Of a DNA stretch of 64,000 nt, positions 34,282 to 40,914 are shown piece by piece. Numbering within the stretch: the first letter of the stretch is position 1; every line of letters starts with the position of its first letter. Both the position numbers and the translations under genes were made by a program. Below the pieces are notes generated by a model. It saw nothing but the letters and a program-made list of their open reading frames with translations. It made no database searches and was not told the DNA's origin. This stretch comes from Thermoanaerobaculia bacterium (GTDB taxonomy: Bacteria; Acidobacteriota; Thermoanaerobaculia; Multivoradales; UBA5704): contig DATFNZ010000229.1 in NCBI GenBank assembly GCA_035266085.1, positions 9,129 to 73,128 of the forward strand, read 5' to 3'.

Positions 34282-35865
34282 ATGACGACTGTTCAGGAAC
34301 TGAGCGTCCTCCATCGCCGCTACGCCGACACCTCCCACCGGTTCCGGGCGGGATGGACCTTCCATCAGTTCATCCAGAGCCTGGGCAAGACGCTCCTGCA
34401 ACGGGTCGAAGACCCGCACTCCGCGGAGTTCCAGAACCTCTACACCGGGCTGAAGGAGATCTCGCAAAGCCTGAACGCGTCCGAAAGCGAGCGGATTCGG
34501 CACCGTCTGGAGGCCATCGACCGCCGGCTCACGGAGCTGATCGGAGCGCTCGAGGAAGAGGATAGCAAAGTCACGCCCGACTTGCTGCGGCAGTTCTTTC
34601 GCCGCGTCAAGAATTACGACGAGAAGATCCTCAGCCAGCTCGTGAGGTTCTACCTTTACGCCCATACGGGCGGCCCCTGGCCCTCGGAGCGCCTGGACAA
34701 GATCGATTTCCTCCTCGCCCGGCTCTCCGAGGAGGTGGACGACCGCACGGGCGAGCTGGTGCTGCGCAACCATCACCGGCTGAACGAGATCTTCCAGGGG
34801 ATCTGGGCGCAGATCGGGGAAGCGCCTCCTTCCGACCAGCTCATCGAGGAGCGCCGGGCCCAGATCGACGCCCTGCGCCACGCGATGAACAACGTCGACA
34901 CCCTCGACCAGTTGAACGAGGCCGCGCTGATCCGCCGCTACCGCGAGGTCAAGCACGGCATGGGAAACCTCTACTTCCACCCCGAGCTGCTGCTGGCCAT
35001 CCAGGAGACCAACCTGGTCTTCAAGAGCCGCATCCAGAAGCTCTACCGCCAGGAGGAGCAGCGGATCGTCGCCGAGTACCAGCGCGTCTTCGAGCTCGAG
35101 CGCGAGGTGCCTTTCGACACCCAGCTCGACCAGGAGCTGGCGGAGTTCCGCGAGGAGATCGAGCGCTTCGAGAAGCAGCTCCAGAAGGAGGAGTTCCGCC
35201 TCGGCGACATCGCCCTGATCCGCCAGAAGGTCAAGGAGCTCCTGCCGCGCCTGACCGCCGGCCGGGCGCCCACGGCCGAGCGGCCCAGCCTCTCCAGAGT
35301 CGGCATGGACACCGGCGAGTACGCCCTCTCGCGGGCGGATGCCGCGGCCTCGGCGCCGCTCCACACCCAGGATGAGCTGCTCGGCGAGTACTTCCGCCGG
35401 CTGGTCGACACGCTACGGGAGATCAACCCGCCCGACCTGGCGTCCGAGCGGGTCGTGCTCCGGCCCGAGATCTTCGCTCTGCGCATCGAGCCGCGCGAGG
35501 TCGACGCCTACCGGCGGATCTTCGGCCGCTCGGAGTGCGACCGTGAGATGGAGCAGTTCCTGCTCGAAGGAGCGGCCCTGCGGATGCGGATCAACGAGGA
35601 GGCCCATGAGATCGCCAGCCTGCTCGACGAGACCTCGGTGACGGGCAACTCCATGGTCTTCGCGCGCGCCCGCCTGACCTGCCGCGCCGCCGATTCGTTC
35701 CTCTGGCGCTTCAGCCACGTGCTGAACGAGCTGATCACGGCCGGCGACGTGGGCGAATGCCGGCAGATCCAGCTCCTGCGCATGCGCCTGATGCGCGACT
35801 ACTCCGGCCTCTGGCTGCTCGCTTTCAAGCCGCTCTTCAAGCGTCACGCCGGGACCCTGGCTTGA
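34282..35865 (+). CDS. hypothetical all-helical protein
   Basis: 527 aa with normal composition. It is coupled (TTGA overlap) to the downstream acetyltransferase-like gene. No family was recognised. Confidence 0.6.
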   Translation: MTTVQELSVLHRRYADTSHRFRAGWTFHQFIQSLGKTLLQRVEDPHSAEFQNLYTGLKEISQSLNASESERIRHRLEAIDRRLTELIGALEEEDSKVTPDLLRQFFRRVKNYDEKILSQLVRFYLYAHTGGPWPSERLDKIDFLLARLSEEVDDRTGELVLRNHHRLNEIFQGIWAQIGEAPPSDQLIEERRAQIDALRHAMNNVDTLDQLNEAALIRRYREVKHGMGNLYFHPELLLAIQETNLVFKSRIQKLYRQEEQRIVAEYQRVFELEREVPFDTQLDQELAEFREEIERFEKQLQKEEFRLGDIALIRQKVKELLPRLTAGRAPTAERPSLSRVGMDTGEYALSRADAAASAPLHTQDELLGEYFRRLVDTLREINPPDLASERVVLRPEIFALRIEPREVDAYRRIFGRSECDREMEQFLLEGAALRMRINEEAHEIASLLDETSVTGNSMVFARARLTCRAADSFLWRFSHVLNELITAGDVGECRQIQLLRMRLMRDYSGLWLLAFKPLFKRHAGTLA

Positions 35866-36977
35866 CCGAAGTCGCCTCGATCCAGATCCGGGAAGTCGGC
35901 GCCGACGCCAGGCTCCTGGCCGGCTTCCTCGACCTGCCCAAGCGCGTCTACCTGGGAGATGCCCTGTACGTCCCGGCACCGCGCGGGGAGGTCGTGGCCG
36001 CCCTGCGGCGCGACGGGGCCCAGAAGGCGCTGGTGGCCCTCTCCGGCGACTTCGTGGTGGCCCGCCTGATAGCCCGGCTGGTTCCGGGCCTGCGCGACGC
36101 CGAGGGCAAGCCCTACGGCATCATCGGCTACTTCGAGGCCCTGGCCTGGTACGACGAGGCCGTGGCGGACCTCTTCCGCGCGGCGACCGCCTGGCTGCGG
36201 CAGGCCGGTGCGGGGCCCATCGTCGGCCCCATGGACGGCGACACCTGGCACCGCTACCGGCTGAACGTCGGGCCCTTCGCCGATCCCCCCTTCCTGATGG
36301 AGCCCTACAACCCGCCCTACTACGAGCCGCTGTGGACGCAGAGCGGCTTCGCGCCGCTGGAGCGCTACCTGTCGAAGCGGGTCGATCCAGGGTCGGTGGT
36401 GGCCCATCTCGAAGGCCGGAGCCGCGAGGCGCTGGCCGCCGGCTACAGCCTGCGCCCGCTCGACCCGCGGCGGTTCCAGGAAGAGCTGCGCACGATCTAC
36501 GGGCTGTCGCGGCGGATCTTCGCCGGCAACGTCCTCTACACCGAGATCCCCGAAGAGGAGTTCCTGCGGCTCTACGCCGGGACGCGGAGCGTGATCGATC
36601 CGGACCTCGTCCTCTTCGCGCGCTCCCCCTCCGGCGAGGACGTCGGGTTCCTCTTCGCCTATCCGGACCGGTTCCAGGCGGTCGCCGCCATGCAGGGAGA
36701 GCGGGGGCTCCTCGCCAAGCTCCGCTTCCTGCGCCACCGCAAGGAGGCCGACGCGGTCGACTTCAAGACCCTCGGGGTTCTGGCCGAGCACCGGCGGGCC
36801 GGGGTCGCGGCGGCCCTCTTCCACGAAGGCCACCGCCGGACGGTGGAGAAGGGCTACATGTTCGCCAATCACTGCTTGTTCCGGGAAGGCAACCCTTCCG
36901 GCGATCTGGACGGTGGAGCGGGGCGGGTGATGCGGAGGTACGTGCTGTACCAATGGCAGGGCAGCCCTGGCCGATGA
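35862..36977 (+). CDS. GNAT-like N-acyltransferase-fold protein
   Basis: The C-terminal 'FKTLGVLAEHRRAGVAAALFHEGHRRTVEKGY' resembles the GNAT acyl-CoA-binding motif. I prefer the TTG start at 35862, which overlaps the upstream stop. The track start at 35757 lies inside the previous gene. Confidence 0.5.
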   Translation: MTEVASIQIREVGADARLLAGFLDLPKRVYLGDALYVPAPRGEVVAALRRDGAQKALVALSGDFVVARLIARLVPGLRDAEGKPYGIIGYFEALAWYDEAVADLFRAATAWLRQAGAGPIVGPMDGDTWHRYRLNVGPFADPPFLMEPYNPPYYEPLWTQSGFAPLERYLSKRVDPGSVVAHLEGRSREALAAGYSLRPLDPRRFQEELRTIYGLSRRIFAGNVLYTEIPEEEFLRLYAGTRSVIDPDLVLFARSPSGEDVGFLFAYPDRFQAVAAMQGERGLLAKLRFLRHRKEADAVDFKTLGVLAEHRRAGVAAALFHEGHRRTVEKGYMFANHCLFREGNPSGDLDGGAGRVMRRYVLYQWQGSPGR

Positions 36978-37015
36978 GGATTCTTTTGGGAGTGTGTTCC
37001 GGACTCACTTAGAGC

Positions 37016-37044
37016 TTGCCGAGGATTCCTTGGGAAGGTACGAT
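37016..37044 (+). promoter_or_regulatory. sigma70-like promoter TTGCCG-17 nt-TACGAT, with the -10 ending 7 nt before the vapB ATG
   Basis: TTGCCG at 37016-21, 17-nt spacer, TACGAT at 37039-44, ATG at 37052. No SD is present, which gives a leaderless-type layout. Confidence 0.4.
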
Positions 37045-37051
37045 AGGCAGC

Positions 37052-37255
37052 ATGAAGACGACGATTGATATTCCGGAGATAGAGCTTCGCGATGCCATGA
37101 AGTACACCGGCGCTCGCAGCAAGCGGGAGGCCGTGGTTGCCGCGCTGGCCGATTTCAACCGTCGCCAGCGCCTTCAGCGCCTGGCCCAGCAGTTCGGGAC
37201 GTTTGACGAGTTCCTTTCTCAGGACGAGCTGCGGCGCATGCGCGAGGAAGCTTGA
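37052..37255 (+). CDS. vapB: VapB-type antitoxin (type II TA)
   Basis: 'MKTTIDIPEIELRDAMKYTGARSKREAVVAALADFNRRQR' matches the VapB_antitoxin (PF09957-like) pattern. It lies directly upstream of a PIN gene. Confidence 0.75.
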   Translation: MKTTIDIPEIELRDAMKYTGARSKREAVVAALADFNRRQRLQRLAQQFGTFDEFLSQDELRRMREEA

Positions 37256-37258
37256 CCC

Positions 37259-37645
37259 GTGGTCCACGGCGTCCTGGTGGACACTTCGGCTTGGATCGAA
37301 ACCTTGCGCCGGGACGGTGATCCGGAGATCCGCGCCTTGGTCCGCGCCGCGACTGTAGAGGGACGCGCGGTGCTCTGTGACCTCGTCTTGCTCGAGCTTT
37401 GGAATGGAGCACACGGGGCTGGCGAGCAGCGCCTCCTGCGCGAGCTCGAGCGGGACCTCCAGAAGGTGCCCACTCCTCCCGGAGCCTGGGAAGTTGCCAT
37501 CGATCTGGCGCGTACCTGCCGCAATGCGGGCGTCTCGGTACCGGCCACGGACCTCCTTATCGCCGCCTGCGCCGAGCATCATGGGCTGGAGCTCCTGCAC
37601 CGCGACAGCCATTTCGATCACATCGCTCGCGCCCGTCGTCCGTGA
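37259..37645 (+). CDS. vapC: PIN-domain ribonuclease toxin
   Basis: 'VLVDTSAWIE' (first acidic residue), '...DLLIAACA..H...LLHRDSHFD'. 128 aa. Confidence 0.85.
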   Translation: MVHGVLVDTSAWIETLRRDGDPEIRALVRAATVEGRAVLCDLVLLELWNGAHGAGEQRLLRELERDLQKVPTPPGAWEVAIDLARTCRNAGVSVPATDLLIAACAEHHGLELLHRDSHFDHIARARRP

Positions 37646-39252
37646 CCCCTTCCCCCGACCACAACGTCCTTTCCGTCCTCCGCCGCGTTGCCGCGCGGGT
37701 CCCCGAGAAGCAGGCTCTGGTTATGGAGAGCGGCTCGATCACCTTCGGTGAGCTGTGGCGGCGGATCGACCGCGCCTCTTCCGGTCTGCGCCGTCTGGGG
37801 CTCGCTCCGGGGGACCGGGCCATCGTCATGATCCCCATGTCGATCGACCTCTACGTGGCCATGCTGGGGGTCCTGGCGATGGGAGCCGTGGCCGTCTTCG
37901 TCGATCCCTGGATCGGCGGGCGGCAGATCGCCGCCTTCGCGGCTTTCGCCAAGCCGCGCGCCTGGCTCGGCATCCCGAAGAGCCACGCGCTGCGGCTTCT
38001 CGATGCTCGGCTGCGGGCCATCCCGCTCACCGTCACCACGGGCTGGCGCCTGGGACCCCTGCCGGCCCGGCATACCCTCGGCGAGCTCGAGGAAACCGCG
38101 GGTAACGGCGAGGTCCAGCCCGTCGAGCGGGACGATCCCGCGCTCATCACCTTCACCAGCGGCTCCTCGGGCGAGCCCAAGGGGGCGAACCGTACTCACC
38201 GCTTCCTGCTCGCCCAGCACGAGGCGCTGGCCGCCGAGTTCCCGGCCGCGGAAAACGACGTGGACATGCCCATGTTCCCCGTCTTCGCGCTCAACAACCT
38301 GGCGAGTGGTGTGCCGTCCATCGTGCCGGCTATGGACTTCCGCCGCGTGGACCGGGTGGACGCCGGCCGCGTGCTGGCCCAGATGCGCCGCCATGGGGTG
38401 ACCACCTGCACGGCTTCGCCTCCCTTTTTCGACCGCCTCGCCGCCGAGGTGGAACGGAAGGGGGATCGTCCCGCCCTGCGCCGCATCCTCACCGGCGGAG
38501 CGCCCGTCTCGGACGCCCAGCTCCGGGTCTGGCGCCGTGCTTTTCCGGAGACCGAGATCCTGGTCGTCTACGGCTCGACCGAGGCGGAGCCGGTGGCACA
38601 TTTGACTGCCGAGGAGCGCCTGTCCCTTAAAGCACCAGATTTTCGCGGTTATTGCGCCGGCAAGCCCGGCGAGCGGGTGCGGGCGAAGGTGGTCCGCATC
38701 CACGCCGGTCCCATCGAATTGGGGCCCGGCGGCTGGGCGGATTGGGAGCTGCCGGCGGGGGAGATCGGCGAGCTGGCTGTGGCGGGCGACCACGTCGGCC
38801 GGGACTATTATGAGAACCCAAAGGCCGTGCGAGAGAACAAGATCGTCGATGCGGACGGCGCCGTCTGGCACCGCATGGGAGACACCGGCTCTCTCGACGG
38901 CGAGGGACGGTTTTGGATCGCCGGCCGGGTCCACTCGACGATCCGGCGCGGCGGCAAGCTGGTCCATCCCCAGCTCGTGGAGCAGGCGGCCCAGGGGGAA
39001 GACCCCCGTGTTCGCCGCGCCGCCGCCGTTGGGATGCCGGACACTGAGCTGGGCGAGCGGGTGGTGGTCGTGATCGAGATGTCGGAGCAAGGATTGGAGC
39101 AGGGATTTCAGGCCGAGATCGCGGCCCGTCTCGCCGCCGTAGGCCTTACCGCGGACCAAATCCTCCTTACCGGAGAGCAAATGCCCCTCGATCCCCGCCA
39201 CAACAGCAAAATCGACTACGGAAAGCTCCGTTCCAGACTGCAAAGCAGGTAG
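37642..39252 (+). CDS. AMP-dependent synthetase/ligase (acyl-CoA/acyl-AMP ligase family)
   Basis: 'ITFTSGSSGEPKG' AMP-binding motif, 'YGSTEAEP', 'GDTGSLDGEGRFWIAGR', and C-terminal '...HNSKIDYGKL'. The GTG start at 37642 overlaps the vapC stop (GTGA). The track start at 37399 lies inside vapC. Confidence 0.85.
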   Translation: MTPSPDHNVLSVLRRVAARVPEKQALVMESGSITFGELWRRIDRASSGLRRLGLAPGDRAIVMIPMSIDLYVAMLGVLAMGAVAVFVDPWIGGRQIAAFAAFAKPRAWLGIPKSHALRLLDARLRAIPLTVTTGWRLGPLPARHTLGELEETAGNGEVQPVERDDPALITFTSGSSGEPKGANRTHRFLLAQHEALAAEFPAAENDVDMPMFPVFALNNLASGVPSIVPAMDFRRVDRVDAGRVLAQMRRHGVTTCTASPPFFDRLAAEVERKGDRPALRRILTGGAPVSDAQLRVWRRAFPETEILVVYGSTEAEPVAHLTAEERLSLKAPDFRGYCAGKPGERVRAKVVRIHAGPIELGPGGWADWELPAGEIGELAVAGDHVGRDYYENPKAVRENKIVDADGAVWHRMGDTGSLDGEGRFWIAGRVHSTIRRGGKLVHPQLVEQAAQGEDPRVRRAAAVGMPDTELGERVVVVIEMSEQGLEQGFQAEIAARLAAVGLTADQILLTGEQMPLDPRHNSKIDYGKLRSRLQSR

Positions 39253-39262
39253 ATCAGAAGCT

Positions 39263-39418
39263 GAATCTCAGGCTCCGGAGCACGAATCTCAGGTTTCACC
39301 GGTCGTTTCTCAGACTTCAGCGCCCGAATCTCAGGCTTCAGCACCCGTATCTCAGGCTTCAACACCTGATTCTCATACTTCAGCGCCTGAATCTCATGCT
39401 TCAGCACTTGAATCGGCC
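39263..39418. repeat. degenerate 21-bp tandem repeat, 7 full units plus a partial one (consensus about GAATCTCAGGCTTCAGCACCC)
   Basis: Units start at 39263, 39284, 39305, 39326, 39347, 39368, 39389 and 39410, with an exact 21-nt period and no indels. The array fills the intergenic gap between the AMP-ligase stop and the next gene's GTG. Confidence 0.9.
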
Positions 39419-40390
39419 GTGACAGAATCCGCTCCGATGGCCACAGCCCCGGTTCTGACCCGCGAATCGCCGTTCGCCCGGCGGCTCTCCGCCTATCTGG
39501 CGGAGCGCTTCCCGCTGGCGAGCCACGGGCTGCTGATCGCCGCCTACTACTCCTCGAACCAATTCCTGGCCCGCACCCTGACGGAACCGGGGCGGCCGAT
39601 GCACTACGACTGGACGACCCTGCTCGGGGCCCTGACGCTGCTCTGCTTCTTCTTCCATCTGCGGGTCTTCGACGAGCACAAGGACTACGCCGAGGACCTC
39701 GTCCACTACCCCCGCCGGGTGCTGCAGAGCGGGGTGGTGACCCTGCGGCACCTGAAGCTGCTGGGCGGCCTCGCCATCGCGGCCGAGATGGCTCTCTCGG
39801 CCCTGCGCGGCCCGGCGGCCTTCGTGGCCTGGCTCGCCGCCTTCCTCTTCTCGGTGCTGATGCTGAAGGAGTTCTTCGTCCCCGGCTGGCTCAAGCGGCA
39901 CTTCCTGGTCTACGCCGTGAGCCACCTGCTGGTCATGCCGCTGCTGGCCCTGATGGTGTTCAGCTTCGCCACCGGCCGCTGGCCCTGGGAGGCGCCTTTC
40001 TGGTTCGGGGTCTACGCCTGGGTAGGCTTCTTCGTGACCTTCAACTGGGAGGTATCGCGCAAGATCCGGGCGCCGGAGGACGAGATCGAAGGGGTGGAGA
40101 CCTACACGCGCGTCTTCGGCACCTACGGCGCGGCCTATATCGTGCTCCTGATCCGGGTGATCGACACCGCGCTCGTGGCCCTGGTCGGCTGGCACCTCGG
40201 GCTGCCGCCGTGGTTCTACGGGGCCCTGGTGGCGCTTTTCCTGGTCTGCCTGGTCGGCTTCTTCCAGTACCGGCTCAACACCCACCGCAAGACGGCCAAG
40301 AGGATGGAGATCTACGCCGGCATGTACGTCATCGCGTTCGACGTGATCCTGGCGGTGGCGATCGTGGCCCGGTACGGGGTGCGGGTATGA
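39419..40390 (+). CDS. UbiA-superfamily-like polytopic membrane protein (putative prenyltransferase)
   Basis: About 8 hydrophobic helices. 'FDEHKDYAEDL' and 'PEDEIEGVETYTRVFG' resemble the two Asp-rich UbiA motifs. Confidence 0.5.
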   Translation: MTESAPMATAPVLTRESPFARRLSAYLAERFPLASHGLLIAAYYSSNQFLARTLTEPGRPMHYDWTTLLGALTLLCFFFHLRVFDEHKDYAEDLVHYPRRVLQSGVVTLRHLKLLGGLAIAAEMALSALRGPAAFVAWLAAFLFSVLMLKEFFVPGWLKRHFLVYAVSHLLVMPLLALMVFSFATGRWPWEAPFWFGVYAWVGFFVTFNWEVSRKIRAPEDEIEGVETYTRVFGTYGAAYIVLLIRVIDTALVALVGWHLGLPPWFYGALVALFLVCLVGFFQYRLNTHRKTAKRMEIYAGMYVIAFDVILAVAIVARYGVRV

Positions 40391-40418
40391 TCCGCGAGCG
40401 CCAGGGCTCGCGGATCAT
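40387..40418. terminator. 12-bp perfect-stem hairpin (ATGATCCGCGAG-8 nt-CTCGCGGATCAT) between convergent genes
   Basis: The stem is 40387-98 / 40407-18. It overlaps the stop of 39419..40390 (+) and lies 13 nt downstream of the stop of the peptide gene at 40431..40616 (-). Confidence 0.6.
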
Positions 40419-40430
40419 AGGACGAGACCT

Positions 40431-40616
40431 TCAGCAGAACGTTGAGACGCCGCAGGCGCGACCATCTGTTGCGCAGGTCGTGCAGTTCGTAGCGCAAATG
40501 GTCACGCAGACGGATCTCTCGGTTGCGACGGCGCCGAGGACGTTTTCCAGGCGACTCGCCTCCAGGTTGACGAGGGTTTCTTTGGTGAGCCTGAGTTTCT
40601 TGGACCACTTCTTCAT
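40431..40616 (-). CDS. RiPP-type precursor peptide 1 (double-glycine-type leader, Cys/Thr-rich core)
   Basis: 61 aa 'MKKWSKKLRLTKETLVNLEASRLENVLGA/VATERSVCVTICATNCTTCATDGRACGVSTFC'. Strong SD (GCAAGGAGAGCTCC-ATG). The leader is homologous to that of the neighbouring peptide. Confidence 0.65.
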   Translation of the reverse strand: MKKWSKKLRLTKETLVNLEASRLENVLGAVATERSVCVTICATNCTTCATDGRACGVSTFC

Positions 40617-40651
40617 GGGAGCTCTCCTTGCTACGGGGTGGGAGTCTGAGC

Positions 40652-40679
40652 GGTCCGCGAGTGTCAGGCCTCGCGGACC
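40652..40679 (-). promoter_or_regulatory. intercistronic 10-bp-stem hairpin between the two precursor genes (attenuator/processing-site candidate)
   Basis: GGTCCGCGAG-8 nt-CTCGCGGACC. It shares the TCCGCGAG/CTCGCGGA core with the hairpin at 40387..40418. Confidence 0.45.
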
Positions 40680-40703
40680 ATGAGGAGACTCTTCAGAGTA
40701 GGT

Positions 40704-40844
40704 CTAGCAAAGGGCGCAGGCGGTGTTTGCGCAGTTCGTGCAGGCGGATACGGTTCCGCCGCCGAGTACATTCTCCAAGGAGCCAGTCTCCAGATGAAGG
40801 AGGGTTTCCTTCGCGAGCGTGAGCTTCTTCGGCATCTTCTTCAT
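40704..40844 (-). CDS. RiPP-type precursor peptide 2 (double-glycine leader, Cys/Thr-rich core)
   Basis: 46 aa 'MKKMPKKLTLAKETLLHLETGSLENVLGG/GTVSACTNCANTACALC'. Strong SD (ACAAGGGAGACCTC-ATG). The longer track ORF (to 41045) would run antisense into the neighbouring gene. Confidence 0.65.
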   Translation of the reverse strand: MKKMPKKLTLAKETLLHLETGSLENVLGGGTVSACTNCANTACALC

Positions 40845-40914
40845 GAGGTCTCCCTTGTCTCTCGTTGCGGGGCGAATCGCCCAGCAAGCTAGTGAAGAAT
40901 AGCTAAGAGTCCCC

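Noticed and set aside
39216-39407. The 63-aa minus-strand heptad ORF, and an N-terminal (P)ESQASAP extension of the UbiA-like gene, both inside the 21-bp repeat array.
   Set aside because: The open frames follow trivially from a stop-free 21-nt unit. The plus-strand frame has no ATG, GTG or TTG between the in-frame stop at 39140 and 39419. The minus ORF has no SD and would be antisense in an intergenic gap.
40867-40879. The small palindrome GGGCGAATCGCCC in the divergent region between precursor peptide 2 and the phosphotransferase gene, as an operator.
   Set aside because: It has only a 5-bp half-site, and such palindromes are frequent in G+C-rich DNA. There is no second copy and no regulator gene adjacent to support it.
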